From Octopus vulgaris (Eukaryota): a stretch of DNA of 64,000 bases. Position numbers and translations under genes: made by a program. Below the pieces are notes generated by a model. The model made no database searches. It worked only from the letters and a program-made list of their open reading frames with translations, and was not told where the DNA came from. Positions 25,260-38,507 of the stretch are shown here, piece after piece. The stretch covers positions 38,812,001 through 38,876,000 of the forward strand of contig OX597826.1 of NCBI GenBank assembly GCA_951406725.2. The letters are read 5' to 3'. Numbering within the stretch: the first letter of the stretch is position 1; the number at the start of each line of letters is the position of its first letter.

Positions 25260-25732
25260 TCCCTAACTGACCCCATTTTCTTGAGCTTGTTGTGATAATC
25301 TGTCATGCCAAGCCTTCAAGAGAACTTTGAAAATGTGAAATTTTATTTTTGGCAAGATTGGGCACCCTCACACTACCATAATAATGTAGGAGCTTATCTT
25401 GAGGAGATTTTGATAAATGGGGCACTGGTTTTCACTCTACTAAACTTTTTTTCTGAGGATACTTAAAAGATAAAATTTATGGCACAAAATGACAACAGTC
25501 ATTGAATTGAAGACAGCCATTGAATGAGAATGTGCACAAATGCTGAATAAAGCATTTCTTGATACTTGTAATTCGATTGCTTCTGTTATGAGTAGTGTCT
25601 GAACCAGGATGGTTATCAGTTTGAAAACCATTCTTGTGTATATTCCTTTAAGTTTGAAAATAAAATGTACTTTCAAATCACTGACTTTCAAATCATTTAG
25701 TGAATGCATATGTCCTTTGTGAACTCCCTGTG
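25260..25732 (+). mobile_element. Tc1/maT-like transposase 3' remnant
   Basis: FYFWQD.APSHY and ..NFFL*GYLKDKIY-like peptides. Ends in ..CCCTG, the reverse complement of a CAGGG-type TIR. Confidence 0.6.
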
Positions 25733-25859
25733 TGCATGAATATACTTATAAAAAGCAAAGTTTGTATGTTAACTGCTATTTTCACAAATTAAATTTGGCA
25801 ATTATATTTTCAGAACATCTTCCTCCACTGCTAATACGGTTACCTAGATAACAGAAATT

Positions 25860-26600
25860 ATCTACAACCTCTTGAGAGCCACCAGGCCTTTCAAGAAAAT
25901 CAATTTCCCATGCATTCATAGACTTTGTGGCTCCTTTGCATCTTCCACATATGTACACTGCTCTCTTTGTTAACCTTCATATGATCCCACTGCACTTCTT
26001 ATGTGTCCATACCTTGCACTGGTTACACCGAATGAAATTCCTGCCTACAGCTTTCCTACATCTTGAACAGGGTCATTTACCTGGAGTGGATAGGGTCCTG
26101 TCTATTTTCTTGATTAGTAGAACCTTGGTCTTTACTACATTAACTTTAAGGCTCTTCAATTCCAGGTTTGGCTTCCACACCAGGAATTTCTTTTCCAGTT
26201 CTTTTACAGATTCTGCTATGAGAGCAAGATCATCAGCATATAGTAGTTCTCATAGGCAGCTAGTCTTAAATTCCTAGGTTATGGATTGAAGGATGAGGTG
26301 GGGTCTGAAAACCAAACCTTGGTGGACACCTACCTGTACACTAAATTTGTGTAACTCTTACCTTACTAGCATCAACCTTGTACACAGCCTGTACTGCTTT
26401 CACAAGCCATTCATCTATTTCTAGCTTCTCACAGAGCAAGGTGCTCAGTCAAAACGCTTTCTCCAGATTAACAAAGTCAAGTACAATGGCTTATTCTTAG
26501 CTAAGTACTTCTCTTGCAGTTGCCAGACTATGAAGATAGTGCCAGTAGTGCTTCTTCCCAAACTGCATTTTATGTAGCCTAATTCTATTCCTCTCCATAA
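25860..26600 (-). mobile_element. RTE-clade RT remnant
   Basis: ELLYADDLALIAES..KVNVVKTKVL followed by PCSRCRKAVGRNFIRCNQCKVWTHKKCSG. Confidence 0.8.
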
Positions 26601-26769
26601 CTTTCATCACCTAGTCCAGCAGTTTGATGTCTCTATAATTACTTCTATCCAAGGGATCTCCCTTCCTCTCGTAGCACCAGTCATTGGTAATGACACCTCC
26701 TGGTACAAACTGTAAAAGGGTTGGCCTAGTGGGTGTCCTAGGACAGCATAGTCTAACCTAGTTGTCACC

Positions 26770-27570
26770 CTGTGACTGCTAGAAAATGTAAGCCTGTATA
26801 TATTGGCTGCTGAAACATTCAACCTCTACTAGATAACAAATCAACAGCATGTCCTGAAAGATCTGCACTTGTAGCAAAGGAAATGCAGTGCTATCATATG
26901 GACATTCCAGCGCTCTTAGAGACAAGAATTGTGAATGAAGGTAATAGGATGCTTCTGCTGCAAATGTGTGCTGAATTAGACCTTTGAATTAGAAATACTC
27001 TTTCAACTGAAAGAGAAGTATAAGACCACATGAATGTATCCTGGTTTAAGACAATGGTATGTTATTGATTATTTTATGACCTGCAGGTGTGATGTTCATG
27101 ATATATGTATTGTTCATTTGTTGGATGGTGCTGAGTGCTGGGCTGACCACAAGCTCATCAGAGCAAAGGTTAAGTTCATGGTAAAGCCAAAGATAAGATA
27201 TAACAGCCTCTTTGGAAGAGATTGGCTGTTGTTCACCTGAAAGATTATGAGATCTATGCATGGTTTATGGAAAAGTTGGGAGTGATGGAACATGAAAATG
27301 ACTGAAAAAACTTTAAGGAGTCGGCGTATAATGTTTGTGTGGATGTGATTGGTTTTACAAAAATGCAAACACCAAGATTTGTTTAATGAAAATGACAAAG
27401 GAATCAACAAGTTGCAATTTGAAATGGAGAGAGCACTTTTGACCTTGCTTAAAGGTAGCTACTCTATTGCTGAAAAATAAAATATACCAATGCACTTAAA
27501 TATGTGAAATCTCATGTTTAGTAACGGCTGAGAAACATCCAGGAGTCTCGGTGGAGGGTTAAAAAACCAA
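26770..27570 (+). mobile_element. RTE/BovB-like AP endonuclease remnant
   Basis: IGC*NIQPLLD..PER.ALVAKE, ALLETR, and WYVIDYF..GAECWADHKLIRAK. Confidence 0.8.
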
Positions 27571-27656
27571 CAATGACAAAAGCAATTTACACATATCAAG
27601 CAAAAACATCTATTTTCTTTTACCTCTTGACATGAAGACCATATACAGTGTAATTA

Positions 27657-27694
<38 letters not shown>

Positions 27695-28046
27695 CACATG
27701 CGTGTGTGTTTGTGTATGTATTTATTTAACTATATATGAGTGTATGTGTGGTGGAGTGGTTGTGTGGCTATGTAGATAGTGGGGAAAGAAAGGTGTTTAG
27801 GTTCAGTATAACTGTTTGTCTTGTTGCTAGGTGTGTACTGCTGGTGATATTTCTATGGTACTACTGTTGACATTTAGAGCTTGCTGTCTTCTAATTTTTA
27901 ATGTTCTCAGAAAAGTGAGATAAAGGGACAAATAAAGATGACAGAATGAGAGAGAGAAAGATAGAGGGAGGGGCAGAGACTGTAGAGACTTCCCTCAACA
28001 AATGATATTTTGGTACATTGTTCTTCTTGGTTTTACATGTTATATA

Positions 28047-28085
<39 letters not shown>

Positions 28086-28224
28086 AAGCACATGTATGAG
28101 TGCTTGGGTTTTGTGAATAAGTGAGTGTTAGTGAACATGTGTACTGCCTATAATATCAATCCATTTGTCGTGTACATATGTATATATGCATGTGCATTTA
28201 TATACATATGAACAATATATGTAC

Positions 28225-28780
28225 CTTTTTCAAGCAGCCACAACTGAGTTGCATCTCACAAGACTGCATCAGAAATCTCAGTCCCAGTTATCTTTGGCCG
28301 GTACTCGGTTTTATGTTGCGTGTTTCTGAGAAGTCAGATGTATGTACCATCAAGTCAGTCCTGAAGCTCCTTCTTCATAATGCAAGTTTCAGTAAATGCC
28401 GTAAAGTAGACAAGTCTTGTTGACTCTGAACTATTTGATTGCCAGATCACTTCAGATTTTCCTTTATATGTAATAAAGTCTTCCTTACTATCAGCAACAT
28501 AGGACCTTAGGTACTTAAAGCTATTGAGTAGTATGCCATCATTAGAACAAATTGGTAGTGGCTTTCATCTTCAATAATAATAATTTGTTTCCTTTGTATT
28601 ATGAAACAGACTAACTTTTGCTTCAACATTTTCAAGAAATGTTTACAAGACTTGTGCATCACACAGATTATGAGATGTAAGTGAAAGATCATCAACATTG
28701 TCAAGATTAGAGATATACACATTTTGCTGATGTCTTGATTAATTCTGCTTCAGGGAGAGGACTTTGACTTCAATTGGATC
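28225..28780 (-). mobile_element. RTE/RTEX-like RT C-terminal remnant
   Basis: ISNLDNVDDLSL (YADD-like), FKYL.SY and LDGTY..LLR-like peptides. Many stops. Confidence 0.6.
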
Positions 28781-28781
28781 A

Positions 28782-29150
28782 TACCTACCTACTTCCTACA
28801 TATGTACCTACCTACCCACCCACCTACCTACCTACCTACCTACCTACCTACTTACCTACCTACCTACTTACCTACCTACTTATCTACCTATCTACCTACC
28901 TACCTACCTACCTACCTACCTACCTACCTACCTACCTACCTACCTACCTACTTACCTACATACATACATACATACATACATACATACATACATACATACA
29001 TACATACATACATGCCTTCCTACCTACTCACCTACCAACCTACTTACCGGGTTACCTGCCTACCTACCTACATACATACCTACCAACTTACCTACATATA
29101 TACAGACATGCACACACATACACACATACATACACACCTACATAGACTCA
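28782..29150. repeat. (CCTA)n/(CATA)n compound microsatellite
   Basis: Directly visible. Confidence 0.97.
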
Positions 29151-29220
29151 CATGCATATATTACAGATATTACATGCATTGCAAAGATGCATACATTACT
29201 GTTGAAATCCTCTGTCAGAC

Positions 29221-30720
29221 TGTTATAACGCCGACTCTGGTATAGTAGTATAGTTAGACAAGTAAGACATGACTATCTAATGACCATCTACCCAACTGAC
29301 ACTCTTCTCAACTTCCTACGTCACGGTGTTTATAGTGACTAGCACATACCACTCATCACATAAGCGGGGTGTTCCATTATTACTATTATCCCCATAACAT
29401 CTCCCCTTTTTTTAAGTTTTTCTTTTTTTCTAGGGAGTGTAATTTTATTTCTTCTATTAGCAATAATTTTTATATCACCCCACCTGCTCCTGTTTTTTAG
29501 TTTTTTTCTTTCTTTTTTCATACAGTTACACATTTGATATTTTTTTGTTTGGCATCCACTTCCAGGAACTCCGTACATTTTCTTTTTCTTTCACTTGTGT
29601 GTCTGGGTTCAATTATTTGTAGCGGTGTTGGTACTTGAAAAGTATCATATAATCATTCCATTAGTTCTTCCATTCTCTTGGGGTCACTCTCAATAAATCT
29701 TTTTTTTTAGTTGGTTCATGTGTCTCTTGTATGTCCCTTTTCTTCCTTTTACCAAGTATAACATTTTTCCTATGTGTTTGGTGACCATGCCATCTTCCCA
29801 ACTTTATTTTCCATTCTTTTATGCCGTCACAAATACATTTTTACCAATTTTGAAATATCTTGCTGCATTATCCATTGCAATTTTTCTTTTCTTACCAGGT
29901 AGTAATTTGTTGAAGACTGATATTATTTTCCTCGCAAGCATCAGCTCCGCTGGTGACATACCTGCTGGTGCATTTAGATATGTTGTCACATGATATACTC
30001 TTAAGAATTGTTATAGAGCTACCTTATCCATGACTTCCTTATTTGACTTTATTAGGGCTCTTTTGAATGTATTGGCAAAGTGTTCTGCTTGTCCATTAGA
30101 TCTGGGATGGTATGACGTCATAGTTACTTGTTCTACAGTGAACATTTTACAAAACTTTTTAAACTCAAAAGACACAAACTGCATTACATTGTCAGACACT
30201 ATTACAACTGGGACGCCTAATCTTGCAAACAGCTCATGTAGAAAGTTTTTCATAGTTGAGGAGGTTGACTTTTAACACTTACAAATTTCTGGCCATTTAG
30301 AGGAACTATCTATTATCACTTAGTAGTATGAGCCATTTAAGGGACCAGTGAAATCAACATGTAATCTCGACCATGGAACATCTATTTTTGGCCAAAATTC
30401 ACTTTTTATCATCAGTAATTTAGCTGCGAGTGCACATCCTCTGCAATCTTTCACTAGGTTTTCAATTTCTCTATCCATTTTTGGCCAGTAGCTACACATT
30501 AAAGCTTTCTTCCTTGAAATACCAGGCTGTCCAACAGGGAACTCCCTCAACATTTTCTTTTGCAATGTTTCAGGTATTACTATTTCCTGTGCATACATCA
30601 GTACACCATCACAAAATGAGTATAAGTTCATGTCTTGATTTCATTTCACACCAATCCTGTTCCTATTTACTTTTCCTGTCCATAATATTCTTTTCATTTC
30701 TGTTATGAATTTGTCCTTTC
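29221..30720 (-). mobile_element. Ty3/Gypsy 3' remnant: integrase, polypurine tract and 179-bp 3' LTR (29221-29399)
   Basis: Motifs YWPKMDREIENLVKDCRGC, PWSRLHVDFTGP, IVSDN..QF and YHPRSNGQAE. PPT AAAAAAAGGGGAGA abuts an LTR bounded by TGTTAT...ATAACA. Confidence 0.9.
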
Positions 30721-30799
30721 TGTACTCATTGCTGATCCCCATTTTTTTTTACCCTTCATACATTCCTCACAAACCTTTCATTTATTTTTAATTTTCCTA

Positions 30800-31540
30800 A
30801 TGACCACCGAATCACAGTACATGGGTCCTTGTCAAAGGCCTTCTCCAGATTAGTGAATGTTAGGTATAGAACATATTCCTTAACCATGTATTTCTCTTAC
30901 AGTTGTCTCACAAAGAGTATGGAAACAGCAGTGCTTCATTCAAGGACAAAACTGAGCAGTAACTTTTATAACCTAGTTTAACAGTTTGATGCCTCTTTAT
31001 TACCTTCCTCAAGTGCATCTTGCTTACTCTATGACACTGAAATATCAGTCAATGAATATGGCACCTTCCAGTATTACTTAATTTACTTAAATGACAAACT
31101 AGTACCCTACTTTGCTACATATTTTAAGCATCTCAGTTACTCTCCTTGACTGTCCACCTGTTTTCCCTACTTTCATCTCCTTTATTGCACTATCTACCAT
31201 ACTGCTAAAACTTAATTGACTGGTCCCTCTGTTGGTTCTATATTGGGTCCTCTCTCCCCTCCCTCTCTCTCTCTCTCTCTCTCACACACATACACACTCA
31301 CAGGCATTCTCCACATTCAGCAGCCTCTGACAGTAGCACTTCTATGCCTCTTTCTTATCAGTGTTAATGAGAACAATGATGTCATTATCATTCTGCACAC
31401 ATTTCTCTCCAACATCTCGATTTTCTGTAGCACACTGTCTAGCAATGAAGTACACGTTATACCCCTGATCTTCATGCTGCAAAACATGTTCAATCTTCTT
31501 TTCTGACTGTCTTTTTGTTTTGTATATGTAGGCATTTAGA
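30800..31540 (-). mobile_element. RTE-clade remnants related to 5921-7376
   Basis: PTEGP and FTNLEKAFDK peptides, and a CVQNDND segment homologous to 6040-6150. Confidence 0.6.
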
Positions 31541-31544
31541 GACT

Positions 31545-32540
31545 TTTTTTAGCAATTTGATATTTTTTCTATGGCCTCCTCTCTTCAAATCTTTCCAAGT
31601 CTGTCTCTTTATTGTTATGACACTGCCCAGTAGCATATTGTCTTGAAAATGTTGCTAGTTTTGTTCTATGTCATATACCTCTATCTCCTCCCTACTGTCA
31701 TAAGCATCAGTTAATACCTCTAAATCTATGGCTAGTAGTGATTTCATAGTTAGATATTTGTCTTGTGCAGTGAGAATCAGCCCTTCCATTTCAGCTTTTA
31801 AGTACAGAGCTTTTGAGTCATTCCTGGCTTTTACTTGAGCTCACTTTTTTTTCTGTCAAGTGTTGCAGGGTATTGGCTATCAAGTGATTTTTCTCTCCAT
31901 TTATTCTTTAGTATGTTTTGTAGTTCTGTTTTCATGTTGTTTTTTGTCTCTCTGACCATTTCTGCTATGTTGTCATCTAAGATCAGTATATCAGTATAGT
32001 TTGTTTCTGCTTTGTATTTTGTCACTTCCTTGTGTATAGAGAAAGGTGCTTTCTTCTTCTCATGTTGCTTTATTACATGTAGTAGTCTTCCACTTTTTGT
32101 TTCTAAGTAGTTTTCTAGTCCAACTGTTGTTATTTTATAATAATTCTGTATCTGTATTAGGCCACATCCTCCTTCTCAACGGGGTAGGTATATTCTGCTT
32201 GCTCTGCTTTGGGGTGGTGACTTTGTTACGCTGTTAATAGTTTTCTAGTTTTTCCCATCAAAGTTTCTCAATTCACTAATCATCCAGTTTATTATGTTGA
32301 AGCTGTAATTTATGACTCGTAAGGCTAGCATGTTTATCCCAACTATCTTATTTTTAGCATTGAGTTCAGTGTTCAATATTAGTCTAACAACTTCTGCAAT
32401 ATTCTTTCTTAATTTTCTCTTTCATTTCTTTGTGTTGTATTTTAGCTGTTTCATCTATTCCTAGATATTTGTATGGGTGATTGTGGTCTAATTCTCTGAT
32501 TTCTGTATCTATGTTGAGTGCAGTGTTTTCAGAATAAGGT
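31545..32540 (-). mobile_element. R4/Dong-like RT-to-C-terminal remnant
   Basis: HPYKYLGI, LNTELNAKNKIVGINMLA, HHPKAE and LKAEMEGLILTAQD. Confidence 0.75.
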
Positions 32541-32566
32541 GTTTATTATTGTTGTTGTTGTTGTTA

Positions 32567-33010
32567 TTCAGTAGTTGTATTTTTAGCATGGGCTTTCACT
32601 GCACTACCGAGCGCAGCTCTGTGTGCTTTGGGTATGTGTTGTGGCTTGTTGTGGTGCTCTTATTTTCATTGTATTGAAAGTGTTTTACATAGGATGTGTG
32701 CGGTGCCAAGTAGTGCTATTTTCTGTATATTCTATATACTTGTAAGTCCTGGTGTTTTTGTTATGTTTTTGTCTGAATGGTTTTTTTGTTATACTTAATG
32801 CACTTACTATGATAGGAATTGTTTCTGTTTTTAGGCTCCACATTCAAGTTACCTCTATTTCTAGATCATTGTATTTTGAAAGTTTCTCCATTTCTTTTAG
32901 AGAAACATTGTCATCTGTTGATATTGATACATTGATTAGAAAGCCTTTTTTTTTTTTGGTGATCTCTGACAACTATATCCGGCCTAATGGCCTTAATTTC
33001 TCTATTTGTG
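32567..33010 (-). mobile_element. R4/Dong-like family 1 3' fragment (REL domain and 3' UTR)
   Basis: Homologous to 18765-19211. Abuts a (TTA/TTG)n run. Confidence 0.85.
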
Positions 33011-33019
33011 TGTCTTGGT

Positions 33020-34650
33020 CAGTGGCAGCTCTACCATAAAACTAATGAAGCTTAAGCTTCAGGGTCCCTAATCTTGGAGGGGCCCCCTCTGAAGCAACCT
33101 AATTTTTTCAATTTTTTTGTTTTTGTATTTTTCCATGCAGATTACTGTTACCAGTCTTAGTGGATGTCATATCATACTCCTACACAGAGTCTAGTCACAA
33201 GTTGTTCACCTGATGTTTCTGCCAGTGTGGAGTAGCATACAAATAAAAGTACAGATGACTTGAATTATTTTGGAAACTTTGGCCCTGCCCCTCCCATTGT
33301 CAAATATGTCTACTACTACATCAGCACAGTAGAGATAAGAATTCTTATTTACACACCATAATTTAATGACCAATGAAAGAGTTTGCCTCCTAATTTTGGA
33401 CTTACAATCTGTTCAGTAACAAAGCATTTTTCTACTTTAAAAATTGTTTGAATATCACCTTGTACAAAATAAACAATTCTTCATTTATGACTATATATTA
33501 AGTTGTGGACCCTTATCTTGATTGATCTCTGTCTCACTGTGGCTAATGAAAATATTACCATAATTTTTTTACACAGAGGTTTAGGCTCCAAGAGGAATAC
33601 CAATGTCTTCATGAAAGTAATTCAACAGATACCAGAAACACCAACTCAAGGAAATCCAACGAAATTTCTAAATGTTAAAAACTATCAAACTATTTTACAA
33701 TGTCAAGTAAAAGTTTGTCATCACCTGCAACTGAAACAAGCAATGCAAGCACCAGTGAAGTCAACGATAGTGCGCAAACCATGAGTGCTCTGTATTGCAA
33801 TAATCAACCTACTATTGACACTTTTGATACAGATGATGATCACCGTGGTCAAGAAATTCAAGAAAAAGAGAGCAGAAAAAGGAAACAGGAAGCAAATTTA
33901 GTGATTTCAAAGAATACAGTGACATAGCAAACAGGCCCATAACAATTGATAATGATTTCATACAAAACTGTTTAATGCAAGTCATCAGTTTTTTTTTTTT
34001 TGTTTTTTTTTCAAAATAAAGAACCAGATAATGGATATACTGAGTCCAGCAAGATTTACAAACGCCAAAATCAAAGTTTCTCAAGCAAATACTTTGAAAA
34101 AAAAAAGATTGAAAAATGGCCAGACTGTGATGAGATCCTGGTTAGTTTACTCAAAGAGCAAACTCTCTTCTAAATGCCAAATATCACTTACAACAGGTGG
34201 GTTTTCTGATTGGATGAATATACTCAGAACTCTAGAAAATCATGAAGACAGCATGAAAAATAACAGGGCGATGTTGAGCTGGCTAACACAAAAGTCAAAT
34301 GAAACCATTGTGGATCAGCAATTTGAGGAACAGTTGAGAAATTTTGAAGAACTAAAAACAGTTGTAGCAGTTATATAGTTTCTAAGTGAAAGAGGTTTAG
34401 CATTTAGAGGTCATGAGGAAAAGTAGGGCTACCCAGATAATGGAAATTTCAGGGGTGGGGACATTGAGCCTATTGTGGAATTTGACCCATTTTTATCTTT
34501 GACAGTGGGAATATACACATCTGGGAGCAAAGATAAAAATTAAAGTGAGTGTTGAAAATTTCGATTATGAAAGTTTGCTCAAATTAAATTATAGGTGGCT
34601 TAGTATTTTGTGAGATATTATTTTTTTAAGGCTAAGAAAAGGCACACTTA
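33020..34650 (+). mobile_element. hAT transposon remnant (TTF zinc finger / DUF4371-type transposase)
   Basis: Left end CAGTGGCAGCTCTACC. Peptides RSWLVYSKSK, GFSDW..LENHE.S, FLSERGLAFRGH, DNGNF and EFDPFL. Confidence 0.8.
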
Positions 34651-34774
34651 GGTGGACATGATGTTTATGTGGATAAAAGCAAGCAGTGCAAATTGAAGGA
34701 GACTGCATGTACAGAAGGGTTTATATAAGTCAGCAACAACAAGAAGACTTCACCACCAGAAATGACAGCCAAGA

Positions 34775-34894
34775 CATGTAGATAGACAACCAACAACTGA
34801 TGAAGGGTCTTTTCTCTGTGTTCACTTGTCCTGTTTTTACATATTTCATGCTGTTTGCATATTTGGTGATGTTGTGTACTCATATATGCATATA

Positions 34895-34952
<58 letters not shown>

Positions 34953-35595
34953 CACACACATATATATTATTTATTATTATTATTTAATTGAGCACCACGC
35001 ATCCATTTCCAAGTAAGTTTATCTTCACCTTTTTGATACGACTCTACCCTATACTCTTTTCTTCCTCCATCCTTCTCTAATTCCTTTTTTCTCCTCCTCC
35101 CTCTTTCACCGTTTTCTATCGCTCTCTCTCTCTCCCTTTCTCTTTTTCTCTCTTTTGTTGCTCACACATGACCACTGTCCATCTTTCTTTTAATCACATG
35201 ACCATTTTTCTTTTCCTGCATTGATGTTCAAAAGACTGGATGTTTTATTTTGCTCTCTTCTGTCTTTTCTCTTTTCAAAGAAAATATTCCTCCCAGCGTT
35301 CACTATTTTCCTCTCATTCTGGTCTAATGACCTTCCATGTTTGTTTTCATTCGGTTTCCTTGCATGCTTCCACTATTCTGTTTTTGTTCGCAACTTTGAC
35401 CCTCCATAAATCCTAAATTCTATTTTAGAATTTATGGGAGCAACTGTCTTTGAAGACTCATATTGTCATTGAATGCTCGAAATGAGGAGTAGAGAGACAG
35501 CTAACAACTGATGAAGGGTCTTTCTCTGCATTTACTTGCCCTGTTTTCATGTTGTTTCCACAGTTGGTGACATCCTGTAACCATATATGCATATA
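34775..35595 (+). mobile_element. Two tandem copies of a PLE-type 3' terminus (34775-34890; 34985-35595) with a degenerate hammerhead at about 35443-35500
   Basis: Direct repeat GACA.C.AACAACTGATGAAGGGTCTTT...CCTGTTTT...CATATATGCATATAT. Hammerhead-like CTGTCT-TTGAAGA...GAAA...GTA-GAGAGACAG. Confidence 0.5.
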
Positions 35596-35599
35596 TATA

Positions 35600-35654
<55 letters not shown>

Positions 35655-35681
35655 GTTATTATTATTATTACTATATATGTC

Positions 35682-36005
35682 GAGGCACAATGACCCAATG
35701 CTCAGGGCAGCAGACTCATGGTCATAGGATTGCGGCTTTGATTCCCAGACCAGGCGTTGTGAGTGTTTATTGAGCGAAAACAATTACAGCTCCATGAGGC
35801 TCCAGCAGGAGTTGGTGGTGAACCCTGCTGTACTCTTTTCCCACAGCTTTCTCTCACTCTTCCTGTATCATGCTGAATTTTCCCAATAACTATGTTAAGG
35901 GTCCATGTATCTGTGGAGTGCTCAGCCACTTGCACGTTAATTTCACGTGCAGACTGTTCCGTTGATTGGATCAACTGGAACCCTCATTGTCATAATGACA
36001 GTGTG
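35682..36005 (+). mobile_element. tRNA-derived SINE, family C (second copy 60781-61030)
   Basis: A- and B-box-like head (..TTGATTCCCAGACC) and GGCGTTGTGAGTGTTTATT, shared with 60810-60930. Confidence 0.75.
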
Positions 36006-36111
36006 TTGTAGTAATATATGTATGTGTGTATGTGTGTGTGTGTGTGTGTATGTGTGTGTGTGTGTGAATGTTTGTTTGTGTGTGTGTATATATATATATA
36101 TCTATATACAT

Positions 36112-36315
36112 ATAGTTGGAATTTACAAAAAAATAAACAAAACAAAAGACGAAGACGGGTGTGTAAACAACAAACAGATGTATGTATTAGTTCAACACTC
36201 GGTAAGTGAGAAAGTCTTTTACGTTTCAAGCCTATGCTCTTCAACAGAAAGGAACACAGAAATAAACAGAGAGAGAAAAATAAAAAAAGGTTTAAGGGCT
36301 AGCGATCAGTCATCT
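36112..36315 (-). mobile_element. Short PLE-terminus-like repeat containing a minimal hammerhead-like motif (36216-36251)
   Basis: CTTT-CTGTTGA-A-GAGC-ATAG-GCTT-GAAA-CG-TA-AAAG. Flanked by (TA) runs. Confidence 0.5.
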
Positions 36316-36719
36316 ATATCTATATATTTACATATATGTATATCCACTCACACACATAGCACATAAACAGAACCCGAAAGATTGCTTTAAGATACATGGT
36401 GTATTTTATAAATATGTATGCCTATTCAAGTATCATAATAGCATGAAACTATTAGTAGCACTTTTGGCAGCGTATTTAATTATATATATATGCCAATATG
36501 CTGAAAAATAGATGTCTGATTCGGGAATTGTTTCAGCACAGTGTATATTTATAGTGAAAAATATTGCATGTGATTAGACATTCTAAGGCCTATATTTCAG
36601 TATATTGGGATAGAAAAATTTTTCCTTTTGCCCTTATTTATAATTGTTTATCTTTTCACCTTGAAAGATATTTTAATATCCTGGCCACTAATAAATTTTT
36701 TTTTGGAAGATTTTATCCT

Positions 36720-36800
<81 letters not shown>

Positions 36801-36824
36801 TATATATATATGTGTATATATATA

Positions 36825-36990
36825 TAAATTAAATTAGAGATAAAACCACTATTAGGCAAATCAAACAGTGGAAAACATAAACCAAAACATAGAAATAAAA
36901 TTAATTAATATAATATACAAAATATATAAAATATAAAATTCAGAATATAAATTTATAAATTTAAAGTTAAAAATTTAAAATTATTAATTT
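36825..36990 (-). mobile_element. Solo terminus of the AT-rich PLE family
   Basis: TAAATTAGAGATAAAACCACTATTA is identical to 11471-11495. Confidence 0.55.
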
Positions 36991-37147
36991 ATATTTATAA
37001 ATTTATATATATATATATATTTTTATTTTTATTTTATTTTTATTTTTTATTTATTTATTTATTTATTTATTTTTTATTTATTAAATATATATAACTATCA
37101 AAAAGTATTAAAAAGTTTAATATAAGATAAAAATACATATATATATG

Positions 37148-37209
<62 letters not shown>

Positions 37210-37220
37210 TATATGTATGT

Positions 37221-38455
37221 AGGTGCAGGAGTGACTGTGTGGTAAGTAGCTTGCAACAATGGTTGCCCACCAATGGATCCTGAGGTGGCAGGAGGGAAGG
37301 AAGATCTTCCAGACAAAATGAAAGAACTCCAATCTCCCATCATAAAGGAGAAAAGAAGAAAAAGGGAAAATAGGGCATTGCTAGCGGTTGCTAGTACACT
37401 GCCGGCATGTCCCGAAACCTCTTTGGTGGGAATTGTGCCACCGGAGGGGAGATTTGAGGACTCTCCCTATGTGGAGGAGGAATTTGTAGTCCCGTTCCAC
37501 AAGAGAGGGGAAATCAAAAAAAATTATCAAAAAGTTTAATAAAAAAGGTCGAAAGGAAGGGATTCTTACCTGTACCAAGAACCCTGATTGACCTCCACAG
37601 ATAGCTGCAGAGGCCTTGTGGGAAACAAATTTGTTTGCAGTAATGGAGTCCTTCTCTGAAGACACATTCTGCTTCATGCTGAAGCACCCTAAGCTAGAAC
37701 TATCGAGGTGCTTGAATGAGGCATTGAACCTGGACGGGTGACAGCAGGGCGGAAAAAATTAAAAGGCTTAGTGGCTCTTATTGCATATCAAAATTAAGGT
37801 TAGAAGTTTAATGCCTTGGTTTGTTGTTTCTTTGAATTTATTGTTTGTAAGAGGCTCAGCGCCTCAATTTATAATGAGCTATGGAACTAAACTAAGAGGT
37901 TTAATACCTCGTATTGTTTTTACTGTGTAAAAAAAAATAATAGTTTTAAAGAAGCAAAAGATTGGCGGGCGTCTTTTGTCTTCTCCCATCAATATCATCC
38001 TTTTCATCACTCATCTCATCAATGTTTTTGTCCAGCTCGCAAGCTACTCCCATTGTGCTATGCCTTTATGGCAAAATTTTGAAATAATGTAGCTTGCTTG
38101 CTAACTACATGGTTCCAGGTTCAATCCCACTGCACAGCATCTTGGGCAAGTGTCTTCTACTATAGCCTCAGGCTGACCAAATCCTTGTGAGTGGATTTGG
38201 TAGACAGAAACTGAAAGAAGCCCATTGTATATATATGTGTGTGTGTGTGTGTGTATGTTTGTATCTGTGTTTGTCCACCCACCATCGCTTGACAATCAAT
38301 GCTGGTGTGTTTATGTCCCTGTAACATAGCAATTTGGCAAAAGAGGCCAATAGAATAAGTTTTAGGCATACAAAGAATAAGCCCTCGGGTCAATTGGTTT
38401 GACTAAGGGTGGTACTCCAGCTTAGTCACAGTCAAATGACTTAAACAAATTAAAA
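37221..38455 (+). mobile_element. SINE family B split by an insertion (head 37221-37254, remainder 38089-38455)
   Basis: AGGTGCAGGAGTGACTGTGTGGTAAGTAGCTTGC resumes as GTAGCTTGCTTGCTAACTACATGGTTCCAGGTTCAATCCC. Confidence 0.88.
37255..38088 (+). mobile_element. 834-bp insertion with a 9-bp TSD (GTAGCTTGC), class uncertain, possibly a deleted L1/Tx1-type retroelement
   Basis: TSD at 37246-37254 and 38089-38097. Carries an 88-aa charged ORF (37273-37539). No TIRs. Confidence 0.65.
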
Positions 38456-38476
38456 AATATATATATAGTGAGAATG

Positions 38477-38507
<31 letters not shown>

